DNA of 64,000 nucleotides. Origin: a candidate division WOR-3 bacterium. Lineage in GTDB: Bacteria > Hydrothermota > Tepidihabitantia > SM23-42 > JAOAFX01. The notes under the pieces were generated by a model that was not told the DNA's origin, did no database searches, and worked only from the letters and a program-made list of their open reading frames with translations. This document shows, piece after piece, positions 49,002 to 60,643 of this stretch (positions are counted from its first letter, which is position 1; each line of letters opens with the position of its first letter). A program made the translations under genes and the position numbers. Location: positions 31,227 through 95,226 of the forward strand of contig JBDRVV010000004.1 in assembly GCA_039802005.1 (NCBI GenBank). The letters are read 5' to 3'.

Positions 49002-49104
49002 TTTTTTAGAGATGGTTCTGATTACTATTGCATAATGTAGTGACAGAGTTTACTCTGCACAATTCTATTGACTTACTAATATTTTTTTTTACAATCTAAT
49101 CACT

Positions 49105-50235
49105 ATGCGGACCGGGATTGCAGATTTACCATTGCATTATGGCAGGGCACCGAGATGGCTTTTTGAAAAAATGGTCAAACTCTCAAGGGCAATCATAGAA
49201 GTAATTGTTGCCGAATACGGACCAGACGAATTTTTAAAACGCATTTCTGATCCTTACTGGTTTCAGGCATTCGGCTCGGTCTTGGGATTTGACTGGCATT
49301 CATCAGGTGTTACTACAACTGTCTGTGGTGCAATGAAAGAAGGAACAAAGGATATTGCCTTTGCACTCGGCTTATTCTTTTGTGGCGGTAAAGGTGGCAC
49401 ATCAAGAAAGACACCAAAGGAGATTGAGAAGATTGCTGAAAAAATTGGCAAAGACCCAAAGAATTTGATATACGCTTCAAAACTCTCCGCAAAGATTGAT
49501 AATACCTGTGTCCAGGATGGGTATAATTTGTATCATCATATGTTTATTTTCACGAAAGATTTAAATTGGGCAGTTATCCAGCAGGGGATGAATGTAGTTC
49601 CCCTAACCCTTACCCCCGCATCAAATACGGAGCAGGCCTTCTCCCGCTGGGGGCGAGGAAATATAAAAAAAGGAACTGCACGTCGGTACCACTGGCTTTC
49701 TTTAAAATTAAATTCCTTTGTCTGTGAACCGCATAATGCAGTATGCTGCGATATGACTCAACCCTGCCTTAATATGGTCGCAGAAGAGAGCGAAGAATCA
49801 AGAAGAATTGTGACTGAAATTTCAAAAGAGAAACCAGAAAAGATTCTAAAAGAGACTGAAACAATTTTGAAGATGCCCACCAGGCATCCGGTATTAAAAA
49901 TTGATATAAATCCCAAATATTTTTACAAAGTATTACTAAAGACATACGAATCTTCACCAAAAGATTTTGAAAACCTTCTCCAGGTTGAAGGCATAGGTCC
50001 TAAGACCTTGCGGGCACTTGCCCTAATCGGTGAATTGATATATGGTGCAAAACCCTCGTTTCGCGACCCGGCACGATATTCATTTGCCCATGGCGGGAAG
50101 GACGGATTTCCTTATCCGGTTGACCGCGAAACATATAACCAATCAATCAGTTTTCTTGAATCGGCGATAACACATGCAAAAATTGGTGAAACCGAACGGT
50201 TGAAAGCACTCCGAAAGTTAAAATTCATTTATTAG
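49105..50235 (+). CDS. DUF763-family protein
   Basis: 376 aa. The N-terminus MRTGIADLPLHYGRAPRWLFEKMVKL...FGSVLGFDWHSSGVTTTV matches the conserved DUF763 N-terminal region. Confidence 0.55.
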   Translation: MRTGIADLPLHYGRAPRWLFEKMVKLSRAIIEVIVAEYGPDEFLKRISDPYWFQAFGSVLGFDWHSSGVTTTVCGAMKEGTKDIAFALGLFFCGGKGGTSRKTPKEIEKIAEKIGKDPKNLIYASKLSAKIDNTCVQDGYNLYHHMFIFTKDLNWAVIQQGMNVVPLTLTPASNTEQAFSRWGRGNIKKGTARRYHWLSLKLNSFVCEPHNAVCCDMTQPCLNMVAEESEESRRIVTEISKEKPEKILKETETILKMPTRHPVLKIDINPKYFYKVLLKTYESSPKDFENLLQVEGIGPKTLRALALIGELIYGAKPSFRDPARYSFAHGGKDGFPYPVDRETYNQSISFLESAITHAKIGETERLKALRKLKFIY

Positions 50236-50506
50236 CTTAGACAAGTTAACCTGAATCCTTATTGCTTTCCCTTTTCTGGAAATTTTAAGTTCTCATACTA
50301 AATGTCAATATGCGCTTCTTTTTCCGCAATCTATTATAGCACGTATTAGCCCATATATAAGTTCCAATCCCCCTCTTTCCCCCTTTCGTAAAGGGGGATA
50401 ATGGGGGATTATTGAATGAGAAACCAAAACTTCTGATAGTTAAGAAAAAATTCAGGAACGATCTCTTCATATTGAAAAATGTGGAGAGGATAGTCAGCAA
50501 GTTAAC

Positions 50507-50535
50507 CTGTTGACTTTTTTAATTAAATTTATATA
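50507..50535 (+). promoter_or_regulatory. Sigma-70-type promoter (TTGACT-N17-TATAAT) for the 50540 gene
   Basis: TTGACTtttttaattaaatttatATAATTtg sits immediately upstream of the start codon region. Confidence 0.45.
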
Positions 50536-50539
50536 ATTT

Positions 50540-51520
50540 GTGGTGAAAGTTTCAACCAAATTAACTTTAATAATCATTCTTGCAACACTAATATTTTTTT
50601 ATTGTCGCAGATTTCCCGAAAGTGTAGGTAAGGCAAGAGATGTAGTAATTGTTGCCTCTGAATCAGATACCACACTGATTAATACAAATCTTCAAATTTA
50701 TCATTATGTCCCCCAGCGTGAACCATATTTTATTTTTGTCTATGCATCTGACACAATGCTAAAAAATGTAAAACAATTCCATTCGCTCTTCTTATATGGT
50801 TCGTTAAAAGAGCAATTCATATATGAATTGCTGAATGAAGAAGCCCGTGAGGCGACAAAAAAAGATACATTCAATCTTTTCAAAGTTAACAACCTCTGGG
50901 CAAAAAATCAAACCGTTTTGATACTTGCTGTATCTGAAAATCAATATATCAAGCAGGGGATCATTAAATATCAGAAAATGATTAAAAAAATTCTTGAAGA
51001 GGCGTATTACCAGAAAGTAAAGTCATCATTTTATGAAAAAAATATGGATAAGAATATTCAAAATCAGTTAATTAAATTTGGGTGGTCAATGGATGTGCCT
51101 GTTGGCTGGATGATTGATTCTACATATAAGAGCGAAAATTTTATCTATGTCCATACCCATTATCCTGACCGTAGCGTATTTCTGTATAAAGAGAAAAGCA
51201 CATTTTTAAGTGATTCATTTGCAATCGAGAAAAGAAATGAACTCACAAAAAAATTTTATAATGGGGATTATGTTTTCAAAGAGCTGACAACAGTTGAACC
51301 AATTGAATTTCAAGATATGAAAGGATTGAGGATAAAAGGCGTCTGGCAGAATGATTCGCTTGTAGCGGGTGGACCTTTTATTTCCTATTTTCTGACCAAA
51401 AATGATTCGTTATATGCTATTGATGGAATGCTATTTCTACCCGGTGAGCGGAAAACTGATTATATAATGGGACTCGAGGTAATGATGAATTCAGCAAAAA
51501 GAGTAGGGTATGCAAAATAA
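50540..51520 (+). CDS. Hypothetical membrane-anchored protein
   Basis: 326 aa with an N-terminal signal-anchor. I recognise no confident family. Confidence 0.4.
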   Translation: MVKVSTKLTLIIILATLIFFYCRRFPESVGKARDVVIVASESDTTLINTNLQIYHYVPQREPYFIFVYASDTMLKNVKQFHSLFLYGSLKEQFIYELLNEEAREATKKDTFNLFKVNNLWAKNQTVLILAVSENQYIKQGIIKYQKMIKKILEEAYYQKVKSSFYEKNMDKNIQNQLIKFGWSMDVPVGWMIDSTYKSENFIYVHTHYPDRSVFLYKEKSTFLSDSFAIEKRNELTKKFYNGDYVFKELTTVEPIEFQDMKGLRIKGVWQNDSLVAGGPFISYFLTKNDSLYAIDGMLFLPGERKTDYIMGLEVMMNSAKRVGYAK

Positions 51521-51571
51521 TTCACTTGACAATCTTTATTATTTGATTAAAATATAGTGTTGGAGGCATAA

Positions 51572-52894
51572 ATGGCCGAACAAGATTTTACTGAAATTGC
51601 CCGATTGGCAGAACGATATAACAAGGACCCTAAATCACGGATTTTTGTGCAACTTGCTGATGCCTATAGGAAAAATAATATGGTTGATGAGGCTTTAGAG
51701 GTTCTGAAGCAAGGTCTTCAGCATCATCCGCAGTATCCGCTTGCCTATCTAATTTTAGGTAAGTGCTATTTTGATAAAAGGATGTATGGTCAGGCGAGGG
51801 AGGCATTGGAAAAAACTATTGAATTTGACCCAGTTAATATAGTGGCGCTGCGGATGCTCGCCCAGGTATGCGAAAATTTAAAAGATGAAGCCTGCCAGAT
51901 AAAAGCCTATAAAGGAATTGTCTCAATTGACCCGAGCGATGAATTGGCAAAAAACAAACTTACTCAACTTGAGGCAGGGCAGAGAAAGGGAGAGATCTAC
52001 ACACTAACTCTTGCCCAGGAATACGAGAAACAAGGCAACCTGGAAGAGGCATTAAAAGTTTATGAACACTTAAGTTTTATGGACCCTACAGACCTCGCTA
52101 TTAAACATAAGGTAAACGAGTTGAAAAATAAAATTTCTGGGGTTGTTCAGGAAATAAAAAAGGACGAAGAAACAAAAGTTGCTGAAATGAAATTAGAGAG
52201 TTATTTTCAGCCCGAAGATATCGCTACTACACCCGAGGTAGAAATGCCACAAGTCCCTGAACCCCAATTAGGGGAACATATCATTGATCTTGATAAAACA
52301 CCTCCCCCGGTGATAGAAGAAATAAAACCAGTGATTACGCAAGAACAACCTGTCATAGAAGAAGCAAAACCTGAACCTGTTATTGAAAAGAAAGAAATGG
52401 AAAAAATAGAAGACACCGAAGAAGTCCTCTCACTTGAGGAATTCCTTGCTGAACCGGTTGAACAGGTGCCCGAAACAAAACCCGCACCGGTCATTGAAGA
52501 AGAAATCCACCCCGATATCTCAGTTAAAGAACCTGAAAAAACACCAGTTAGTGAAACGTTCGGTGAGCAATTTAAAATAGAAGAACCTGAGACGCCGTTA
52601 GTGGAAAAACCAAGTAAAGCTGAAACAGAAGAGACTCAATCAATCCAGGATTTACTTATAAGTCCGGTTGAACAGGAAATAAAACAAGAACCCGAACCAG
52701 TAAGAGAAATAGTAATTGAAAGGCCCCCGGAAAAAATTGAAGAACCGAAAGAACCTTTAAAAACGGCGGAAGAAAAACCCGTTGAATCACAACCAACCCA
52801 ATCCGAAGAAGAAAAGAAAAAAGAGGAACCCCCCAAACCAAAAGAAGAAGATTTCAAATCGTTCCAGGATTGGCTTTCAAGCCTTTTGAAATAA
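51572..52894 (+). CDS. TPR-repeat protein with a long acidic, Pro/Glu/Lys-rich C-terminal tail
   Basis: 440 aa. The N-terminal 200 aa are TPR-like helices. The C-terminal about 230 aa is low-complexity with EPxIE/KPEP repeats. Confidence 0.55.
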   Translation: MAEQDFTEIARLAERYNKDPKSRIFVQLADAYRKNNMVDEALEVLKQGLQHHPQYPLAYLILGKCYFDKRMYGQAREALEKTIEFDPVNIVALRMLAQVCENLKDEACQIKAYKGIVSIDPSDELAKNKLTQLEAGQRKGEIYTLTLAQEYEKQGNLEEALKVYEHLSFMDPTDLAIKHKVNELKNKISGVVQEIKKDEETKVAEMKLESYFQPEDIATTPEVEMPQVPEPQLGEHIIDLDKTPPPVIEEIKPVITQEQPVIEEAKPEPVIEKKEMEKIEDTEEVLSLEEFLAEPVEQVPETKPAPVIEEEIHPDISVKEPEKTPVSETFGEQFKIEEPETPLVEKPSKAETEETQSIQDLLISPVEQEIKQEPEPVREIVIERPPEKIEEPKEPLKTAEEKPVESQPTQSEEEKKKEEPPKPKEEDFKSFQDWLSSLLK

Positions 52895-52898
52895 AATT

Positions 52899-53369
52899 AT
52901 GAATATCAAAAAGATAAAAGAACTCGTAAAAATATTAGAAGAAAGTCCCCTTACCGAGATTGAACTAACAGACTTTTGGGGTAGAAAACTTAAGTTATCA
53001 AAGGCTGATGGTACTCGGAAAGGGAAATTTATTGAAACAAGTGTAGTTGTTCCAGAAACAAAAGAACAACCTACTCCATTAGTATCTACAACAAAAGAAC
53101 CCGAGAAAAAAGAGATACAAAAAAAGAATCTTGTAGCAATCCGTTCACCGATTGTCGGAACATTTTATCGTGCACCCGCTCCTGATGCACCCCCTTATGT
53201 TGAGGTTGGCGATATAGTTAAACCCGGTCAGGTCGTCTGCATAGTTGAAGCGATGAAACTGATGAATGAGATTGAATCTGATGTTGCAGGAAAGATTGTG
53301 CAGATACTAGTCAAGAACGAAGAACCAGTTGAATATAATCAGGAATTATTTCTGGTTGAACCACTATGA
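52899..53369 (+). CDS. accB: Acetyl-CoA carboxylase biotin carboxyl carrier protein
   Basis: 156 aa with a biotinyl-lysine motif [10 protein letters not shown] and a Pro/Ala-rich linker. Confidence 0.85.
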   Translation: MNIKKIKELVKILEESPLTEIELTDFWGRKLKLSKADGTRKGKFIETSVVVPETKEQPTPLVSTTKEPEKKEIQKKNLVAIRSPIVGTFYRAPAPDAPPYVEVGDIVKPGQVVCIVEAMKLMNEIESDVAGKIVQILVKNEEPVEYNQELFLVEPL

Positions 53370-53419
53370 ACTGGTTAAATGGTTATTGGTTGAAATTAAA
53401 TAATTAAAAAGAGAAAAAT

Positions 53420-54526
53420 ATGGAGCTTAAAACTTTACTTGAAAAAATGATGAAAGTAAATGCCTCAGACCTTCACCTTAAGGCTGGGGCACCCCCGGTT
53501 TTTAGAATTGATGGTAGACTTGTGATAGAAAAGTCTGAGTCTTTAACTCCGGAAGTTCTAAAGACAATGGCATATCAGATAATGACCCCTTCCCAGCAAC
53601 AGACCTTTGAAAGAATGAAAGAGATGGATTTTGCAATTGGGGTTCGTGGTGTAGGGCGCTTTCGTGTCAATATATTCTTACAGCGTGGTAGCATTGCGAT
53701 TGCAATGCGGGCGATACCGATGTCGGTAAAAAGGATCGATGAATTAAATCTACCACCAATCCTAAAAGAAATTTCTCTAAAACCCAGGGGGTTGATTCTT
53801 GTCACCGGGACAACCGGCAGTGGCAAATCAACAACCCTCGCGGCAATGATAGAACACATAAACGAAAATATATCAAAACACATCATAACAATTGAAGACC
53901 CGATTGAATATCTATTCCGCGATAATCTTTCAGTGATCAATCAGCGTGAAGTTTTGATGGATACCATATCATTTTCTATTGCACTTCGCCATATCTTGCG
54001 TCAGGATCCTGATGTTATATTAATCGGGGAAATCAGAGACCGAGAAACTATGGATGTGGCACTGAAGGCTGCGGATACCGGACATCTGGTTATGTCTACA
54101 CTCCACACATTGAATGCAACCGAAACAATCAACCGTATCATATCGTTTTATCCACCACACCAGCATCAGCACATAAGAGTTTTACTTGCTGCCACCCTTG
54201 TTGGAGTAGTATCTTTGAGGCTATTACCGAGGGCGGATGGTAAAGGGAGAATTCCTGCCGTTGAAATTCTTGTGGCGACACCAACCATTAAAGAATATCT
54301 ACTCGATCCAGTAAAAACATTATTGATACAGTCGGTGATTGAAGAAGGCTATGGACAATACGGTATGCAGACATTTGATCAATCTATATTCCGCCTCTAC
54401 AAGGATGGACTGATATCTTATGATGATGCAATTCAAGCAGTCTCCAACCCCGATGAATTCAAACTGAGGCTTGTTGGTATTGAAGCCACTGCAGAACGTG
54501 GCTGGGGTTCTTTTGAGAAAAAGTAG
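53420..54526 (+). CDS. pilT: Type IV pilus retraction ATPase PilT
   Basis: 368 aa with Walker [10 protein letters not shown], an Asp box, His box and the PilT-specific AIRNLIRE-like region ([17 protein letters not shown]). Confidence 0.85.
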   Translation: MELKTLLEKMMKVNASDLHLKAGAPPVFRIDGRLVIEKSESLTPEVLKTMAYQIMTPSQQQTFERMKEMDFAIGVRGVGRFRVNIFLQRGSIAIAMRAIPMSVKRIDELNLPPILKEISLKPRGLILVTGTTGSGKSTTLAAMIEHINENISKHIITIEDPIEYLFRDNLSVINQREVLMDTISFSIALRHILRQDPDVILIGEIRDRETMDVALKAADTGHLVMSTLHTLNATETINRIISFYPPHQHQHIRVLLAATLVGVVSLRLLPRADGKGRIPAVEILVATPTIKEYLLDPVKTLLIQSVIEEGYGQYGMQTFDQSIFRLYKDGLISYDDAIQAVSNPDEFKLRLVGIEATAERGWGSFEKK

Positions 54527-55875
54527 TGGGATTTGAAAAACTCCTTGTCGCCAATCGTGGCGAAATCGCCATAAGGATAATTCGTGCGGCAAAAGAACTC
54601 AATTTAAAAACTGTAGCGATATATTCAGAAGCCGATGCTGATGCACTCCATACGCGTCTGGCAGATGAAGCTGTTTGTATAGGTCCGGCACCAGCGCGAG
54701 ACAGTTATCTCAATATAACAAGAATCATCAGTGCTGCAGAAATAACCGGGGCAAGGGCAATACATCCCGGCTACGGATTTCTCGCTGAAAATGCAGAATT
54801 CGCTGAAATATGTGAATCCTGCGGGATTACATTCATAGGTCCTAAACCCGAGCACATTAGGGCAATGGGTGATAAGATAAGGGCTAAAGAAACATTTGCG
54901 AAATTCGGCGCCTCGGGAATTCCAGGCAGCGACGGAGAGGTTGAAAATATTCGTGATGGGAAGAAGATTGCCTCAAGGATAGGATACCCCATAATTCTGA
55001 AGGCTGCGGCCGGTGGGGGCGGGAAGGGAATGAGAATAGTCAGAGATGAAAATGAAATGGAATCCGGATTTAGAATCGCCCAGGCCGAGGCAAAAGCAGC
55101 GTTTGGCGACCCAAGGCTATATATTGAAAAATACATTGAAAGACCAAGGCATATTGAAGTTCAAATTCTTGGAGATACCAAAGGCAATGTTGTCGCTTTG
55201 GGAGAAAGGGAATGTTCAATCCAGAGACGGCATCAGAAGTTAGTTGAAGAATCACCCTCAGCAGCGGTTGATGACAATTTGAGAAAAGCATTAATGGAAA
55301 CTGCGGTAAAGGCTGCCGTTGGAATTGGTTATCAATCAGCAGGCACGATTGAATTTCTTATGGACGAAAATAAAAATTTTTACTTTATGGAAATGAATAC
55401 GAGGATACAGGTTGAACATCCGGTTACAGAAATGGTTACTGGAATTGACATATTAAAAGAACAGATAAAGATTGCCCTTGGAGAAACAATTTCTTTCAGA
55501 CAAGATGATGTTAAATTAAGAGGAAGTGCCATTGAATGCAGGATAAATGCGGAAGACCCGAAAAGGAATTTTGCGCCCTCACCCGGAAAAATAACATTCT
55601 TCCATATCCCTCAGGGAATTGGCGTTCGTTTTGATACACATATTTTCGCTGGTTATACTATACCCCCACATTATGATTCATTGATTGGAAAGCTCATCTG
55701 CCATGGGAATTCAAGGAAAGAAGCGATTGCCCGGATGAAGCGGGCACTCGAAGAACTTGTAATAGAAGGAATTTCTACAACAATTCCATTTCATATTGAA
55801 GTTATGAATAACGAAAAATTTATTGAGGGTGATATTTCAACTAAATTCATTGAAGAAAATTTTGGGCTTAAGTAA
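54526..55875 (+). CDS. accC: Acetyl-CoA carboxylase biotin carboxylase subunit (GTG start)
   Basis: 449 aa. The N-terminus [21 protein letters not shown], an ATP-grasp domain and the C-terminal biotin carboxylase domain are present. Confidence 0.9.
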   Translation: MGFEKLLVANRGEIAIRIIRAAKELNLKTVAIYSEADADALHTRLADEAVCIGPAPARDSYLNITRIISAAEITGARAIHPGYGFLAENAEFAEICESCGITFIGPKPEHIRAMGDKIRAKETFAKFGASGIPGSDGEVENIRDGKKIASRIGYPIILKAAAGGGGKGMRIVRDENEMESGFRIAQAEAKAAFGDPRLYIEKYIERPRHIEVQILGDTKGNVVALGERECSIQRRHQKLVEESPSAAVDDNLRKALMETAVKAAVGIGYQSAGTIEFLMDENKNFYFMEMNTRIQVEHPVTEMVTGIDILKEQIKIALGETISFRQDDVKLRGSAIECRINAEDPKRNFAPSPGKITFFHIPQGIGVRFDTHIFAGYTIPPHYDSLIGKLICHGNSRKEAIARMKRALEELVIEGISTTIPFHIEVMNNEKFIEGDISTKFIEENFGLK

Positions 55876-55888
55876 TAGTAAATTTAAA

Positions 55889-58735
55889 TTAAAGAATTTT
55901 ACGCAGGAATTGACCAGTATATGAATCTTCTTTTTTTGATACATCTTCCGGGGTTCCTGTACAAACAACTTTTCCTCCCTCTTCCCCACCTTCGGGACCC
56001 AAATCAATAATCCAGTCGGCACATTTAATTACTTCAAGATTATGTTCAATCACAATTACTGTATTACCACGGTCAACAAGTTTGTTTAAAACATCCAGAA
56101 GTAACTTTACATCTTCAAAATGAAGTCCTGTGGTTGGTTCATCAAGGATATATAATGTCTTTCCGGTAGCAATCTTTGAGAGTTCTTTAGCAAGTTTTAT
56201 ACGTTGTGCCTCTCCACCCGATAGAGTAGTCGCTGGTTGACCCAATTTTATATAACCAAGTCCAACATCATATAATAACTGAAGTTTTCTTTTTATCGGT
56301 GGAATATGCTGAAAGAATTCAAGTGCCTCTGATACTGACATATTCAATACCTCGCTGATATTTTTACCTTTATATTTAACTTCAAGGGTTTCACGATTGA
56401 ATCTCTTACCTTGACAGGCATCACAGGTTATATATACATCAGGAAGAAAATGCATCTCAATCCACAAAATTCCACCCCCCTCACACTGCTCACACCTACC
56501 GCCCGGTACATTGAATGAAAACCTGCCCGGTTTATAACCGCGCACCTTTGATTCGGGCAGAGATGCAAAAAGATCCCTTATTGGTGTGAACGCACCGGTA
56601 TAGGTTGCTGGGTTTGAACGGGGTGTTCTACCAATTGGCGATTGGTCAATATTTATTACTTTGTCAATATGTTCAAGCCCAATTATCTCTTTATATTCAC
56701 CTGGCGGGTATTTTGAATGGTAATACTCCTGTGCCAGTGCGCGGTAGAGAGTATCAACAATGAGTGTAGATTTACCAGAACCACTAACACCTGTCACACA
56801 TACAAATACCCCAAGAGGAATTTCTACGTCTATTGATTTGAGATTGTTTGCCCTTGCCCCTCGAATTATCAAAGAACCCCTTTTTTGTCTGCGTGTTTTT
56901 GGAATTTCTATTCTTTTAATTCCCGATAAATATTGTCCCGTGATTGATTTAGGATTCTTTGCAATTTCATCAGGAGTGCCCACACATACCACATAACCAC
57001 CATTTTCACCGGCCCCGGGTCCCAAATCAATGATATAATCGGCAGAATGAATTGTCTCCGAATCATGCTCAACAACCAGAACTGTATTACCGAGGTCGCG
57101 TAAGGACTTTAAGGTGTCAAGCAATCTTTTGTTATCTCTTTGATGAAGCCCGATAGAAGGTTCATCAAGGATATATAACACGCCGACCAATCCCGAACCA
57201 ATCTGGGTGGCAAGTCTCACCCTTTGTTCCTCGCCGCCGGCAAGTGAATCAGTCGTCCTATCAAGTGTAAGATAATCAAGTCCGACCGAATTCAAAAATT
57301 CAAGCCTTCTCATGACCTCCTTTATTACATCCTTTGCAACAATCTTCTCTTTTTCAGAGAGATTCAAATGTTTAAAGAAATTAAGGGCATTTTTAACTGA
57401 AAGTTCTGTTATCTCAGCAATATTTTTCTCATTTATTTTAATTGATAAACTTTGAGGTTTCAATCTTTTCCCTTTGCAATCAGGACACGGTGTAATAACC
57501 ATATAGTCTTCAATTTCTTCACGCACAGATTCAGAACTTGTCTCATGAAATCTTCTCATCAATTCAGGGATAACTCCTTCAAACATTTCCTGGAAAACGC
57601 CCCTTCCCGAACCATCTCTTCTAATATATTCTACTTCTATCGGTATATTTTCACCGTGCAAGATAATCTCCCTGACTTCAGGGGGCAATCTATTGAATGG
57701 TTTATCAAGGTCAAATTTTAATTTCTTTGCAAGTCCTTTCAATACTGCAGTGCGCCAGGAACCCGGTAATCCATAAGGTTTTATTGCACCATCAAGGATT
57801 GAAAGATTAGGATTAAGAATAACCCTTTTAGGTTCAATCTCCATTTTTGTCCCCAACCCATCACAGGTTTCACAGGCGCCGTAAGGAGAATTAAATGAAA
57901 ACATTCTGGGAGAAATTTCAGGATAACTTATACCACAATTAACACAGGCAAGTTTCTGGCTAAAGATTACTTCTTTTTTTGAATCAATGATAACTATTAA
58001 AAGTCCTTCCCCTTCTCGCAACCCCATTTCAATTGAATCCGCAAGCCTTTTTCTTATTCCATCTTTTAAGATAATACGATCAATAACAATTTCAATATTG
58101 TGTTTTTTATAGCGTTCCAGTTCAGGTACATTTTCAATCTCATAGATTTTACCATCAATCCTCACCCGAACATAACCCCTTCTTTTTATCTTTTGCAGAT
58201 ACTCCTTATATTCACCTTTTCTTCCCCTTACTACCGGTCCGAGAATCTCAATCCTTGTTCCAGCAGGATAAGAAAGTATTGCATCAACTATTTGGTCCGT
58301 CGTCTGTGATTCAATATGCCTTCCACACTGATAGCAATATGGAATTCCGATACGGGCATATAATATTCTTAAATAATCATATATTTCTGTGACCGTACCC
58401 ACAGTTGAACGGGGATTTTTTGATGCAGTTCTCTGCTGAATTGCGATTGCCGGAGAAAGTCCATTTATTTCATCTACATCTGGTTTATCCATCATACCCA
58501 AAAATTGTCTTGCGTATGCTGACAAGGATTCTACATATCTCCGTTTACCTTCAGCATATAATGTATCAAATGCAAAAGAAGATTTGCCCGAACCAGAAAT
58601 GCCGGTGATTACAACAAATTTATTTCTTGGAATAAAAACATCGATATTTTTTAGATTATGAACCCTTGCACCCTTGACCCTTATGCCATCATTTTGATCC
58701 AACATATTCTTTAAAAAATAGTGTTTGATTAACAA
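55889..58735 (-). CDS. uvrA: Excinuclease ABC subunit A
   Basis: 948 aa with two ABC ATPase modules (GVSGSGKS twice), zinc fingers and the LSGGE signature repeated. Confidence 0.9.
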   Translation of the reverse strand: MLIKHYFLKNMLDQNDGIRVKGARVHNLKNIDVFIPRNKFVVITGISGSGKSSFAFDTLYAEGKRRYVESLSAYARQFLGMMDKPDVDEINGLSPAIAIQQRTASKNPRSTVGTVTEIYDYLRILYARIGIPYCYQCGRHIESQTTDQIVDAILSYPAGTRIEILGPVVRGRKGEYKEYLQKIKRRGYVRVRIDGKIYEIENVPELERYKKHNIEIVIDRIILKDGIRKRLADSIEMGLREGEGLLIVIIDSKKEVIFSQKLACVNCGISYPEISPRMFSFNSPYGACETCDGLGTKMEIEPKRVILNPNLSILDGAIKPYGLPGSWRTAVLKGLAKKLKFDLDKPFNRLPPEVREIILHGENIPIEVEYIRRDGSGRGVFQEMFEGVIPELMRRFHETSSESVREEIEDYMVITPCPDCKGKRLKPQSLSIKINEKNIAEITELSVKNALNFFKHLNLSEKEKIVAKDVIKEVMRRLEFLNSVGLDYLTLDRTTDSLAGGEEQRVRLATQIGSGLVGVLYILDEPSIGLHQRDNKRLLDTLKSLRDLGNTVLVVEHDSETIHSADYIIDLGPGAGENGGYVVCVGTPDEIAKNPKSITGQYLSGIKRIEIPKTRRQKRGSLIIRGARANNLKSIDVEIPLGVFVCVTGVSGSGKSTLIVDTLYRALAQEYYHSKYPPGEYKEIIGLEHIDKVINIDQSPIGRTPRSNPATYTGAFTPIRDLFASLPESKVRGYKPGRFSFNVPGGRCEQCEGGGILWIEMHFLPDVYITCDACQGKRFNRETLEVKYKGKNISEVLNMSVSEALEFFQHIPPIKRKLQLLYDVGLGYIKLGQPATTLSGGEAQRIKLAKELSKIATGKTLYILDEPTTGLHFEDVKLLLDVLNKLVDRGNTVIVIEHNLEVIKCADWIIDLGPEGGEEGGKVVCTGTPEDVSKKEDSYTGQFLRKIL

Positions 58736-59007
58736 CCAAATATTTTTTCCCGTACGAATGAAATAATAAGAGATAAATTAACTTTTCAAAAAAATTTATC
58801 AATATTATCAATTGGTTATTCATTGTTTAATTTTAATCAAAAGGCACTGAAAGTCAAGGATAGTTCTTTTAATCTGATAATTCTATTTTAAACAAAAAAG
58901 CATATTCCCTATTGACAATGGTTCAAAATTATTTATAATATTATAGCTTTGACCGTAGAGGTTGCCCTTATGAATTTCAAGGGCGATGAAGGCTGAAAGG
59001 AGGAAAT

Positions 59008-59220
59008 TTGGTCTACGGAAAAGTTAAATGGTTCGACGGTAAGAAGGGTTACGGTTTTATAGAGAAAGAAGATGGTTCCGGTGATGTCTTTGTCCATTAT
59101 CAAGATATAGTGGGTGAAGGTTATCGGGTCCTTAGAGAAGGCGAACGAGTTAAGTTTGAGATAACCCAGACTCCGAAAGGAGATAAAGCAATTAAAGTCG
59201 AACGTGCAAAAAATGAATAA
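59008..59220 (+). CDS. cspA: Cold-shock protein (CspA family), TTG start
   Basis: 70 aa with GKVKWFDGKKGYGFI (RNP1) and VFVHY (RNP2). A strong AAAGGAGGA Shine-Dalgarno lies upstream. Confidence 0.9.
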   Translation: MVYGKVKWFDGKKGYGFIEKEDGSGDVFVHYQDIVGEGYRVLREGERVKFEITQTPKGDKAIKVERAKNE

Positions 59221-59237
59221 CGGATTCGTAGCAATCC

Positions 59238-59275
59238 AAAGCAGAGCCTGGATAAATCCAGGCTCTGCTTTTTAA
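59238..59275 (+). terminator. Rho-independent terminator downstream of csp
   Basis: A 14-bp perfect stem (AAAGCAGAGCCTGG / CCAGGCTCTGCTTT) with a 6-nt loop is followed by a T run. Confidence 0.7.
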
Positions 59276-59287
59276 AAACATCACGAA

Positions 59288-60568
59288 ATGGAAAAAAGAG
59301 CGGAAGAAATAAAAGAACTTCTAAAAAATAGCATAAATCTTGAAATCCAAGGCAAGTACAAAGATGCGGTTACTTTATTGGAAAAGGCAATAAAGTTAAA
59401 CCCCAAGGATGGCAATTTATATAACCGTCTCGGCGATTTATATCTGAAATTAAATAGAACAAAAGAGGCAATCACCGCATATCAGACAGGCATAGAGGCA
59501 TTTAGGGCAGACAATTTTTTAAGAAATGCCCTTGCCCTTTGCAAGAAAATTTTGCGTTATGATCCCGGTAACCCCGAAATCAATTTTACTATTGCCAAAA
59601 TACTCATTGACCTTGATGAAAAGGGTGATGCATCGATGTATCTATTCTCTTATATAGAAAGACAAATGGCATCGGGCAATAAAAAAGAAGTAATGCAGGC
59701 AATGGAACTCTTAAAAAGTCTTAAATTGAACGATAGCAATGTGGCGAGCAAGATGGCAACAATATATGATAAGGTAGGCGAAAAGAAAAAGGCTGAAGAA
59801 GTAAAAAAAGAAATACCTGAAATCACCCCGGAACAAATTCCCGAAACAAATATTACCGATCTTGAATTACAACCGATAATTGAGGAAAGTAGAACAGAAT
59901 CTCATTTACATAAAACAAACGTTGATTTTGAATCTTTAAACCGTCTGGAGAATATTTCCAATGAATTTGAAAGGGTGATTAGGGAATTACGTAAGACAAT
60001 GCGAATAGATGAAGTTATTGTTGCAATTGATAAGTCATTAAATATCTTCTCCCAACAACAAAAAGAAACAATCAATTTGTTACATAAATCATTAAATACT
60101 GACTTAGAAAATTTACGGCGAGTAATCAGTGGCTTGCAGGAAGGTTCAAAGAAAAATTTAGATGAAATTTCAAAAATTATTACAGCCCTGGATCGTTCAG
60201 TAAATGAAATTAATAAAAATCAAAAATTCATTGTTGAAGAAATTACCAGAAATCTAAATAATATCGGTGGACAATTTGAATCAGCAACCAAGAAAATGCT
60301 TGAAGACCTCCGAAATCTTACATCCTGTTATGAATCAACAAGCAAAGATGTCTGCACAAAGGTTGATGAAAACCGTCAGATTACATCATCTTTATTAAAG
60401 GTCGGCAGCGAAACAAAAATTGGTATTCAAACCATTAATGATAGTCTCTTAAAATTTTTTCTCAATCAGGATGCCCAGATTAAAAAATTAAATAAATTTA
60501 TTTTAATTGTATGTATAATACTCGGTGGCATAGCAGGTTTACTTTTGCTTATTTTATTTTTAAAATAA
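59288..60568 (+). CDS. TPR plus coiled-coil protein with C-terminal transmembrane anchor
   Basis: 426 aa. The N-terminus holds TPR-like helices, the middle is a long coiled-coil, and the last 25 aa are hydrophobic (ILIVCIILGGIAGLLLLILFL). Confidence 0.45.
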   Translation: MEKRAEEIKELLKNSINLEIQGKYKDAVTLLEKAIKLNPKDGNLYNRLGDLYLKLNRTKEAITAYQTGIEAFRADNFLRNALALCKKILRYDPGNPEINFTIAKILIDLDEKGDASMYLFSYIERQMASGNKKEVMQAMELLKSLKLNDSNVASKMATIYDKVGEKKKAEEVKKEIPEITPEQIPETNITDLELQPIIEESRTESHLHKTNVDFESLNRLENISNEFERVIRELRKTMRIDEVIVAIDKSLNIFSQQQKETINLLHKSLNTDLENLRRVISGLQEGSKKNLDEISKIITALDRSVNEINKNQKFIVEEITRNLNNIGGQFESATKKMLEDLRNLTSCYESTSKDVCTKVDENRQITSSLLKVGSETKIGIQTINDSLLKFFLNQDAQIKKLNKFILIVCIILGGIAGLLLLILFLK

Positions 60569-60643
60569 AAGACTAATGCAAAAACAATTTTTACTTTATC
60601 CCGATTCTTATTGACTTAGTTAGTCTAATATATATAATTATCT

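Noticed and set aside
50285-50500. 71-aa minus-strand ORF in the non-coding island after the DUF763 gene
   Set aside because: It has no Shine-Dalgarno, a low-complexity basic/hydrophobic composition, and spans the inverted-repeat hairpin. I treat it as non-coding.
52207-52857. Three antisense ORFs rich in S/G/T (52207-52494, 52636-52857, 52656-52841)
   Set aside because: They are reverse-strand read-through of the Glu/Pro/Lys-rich repetitive tail of the TPR protein gene, a compositional artefact.
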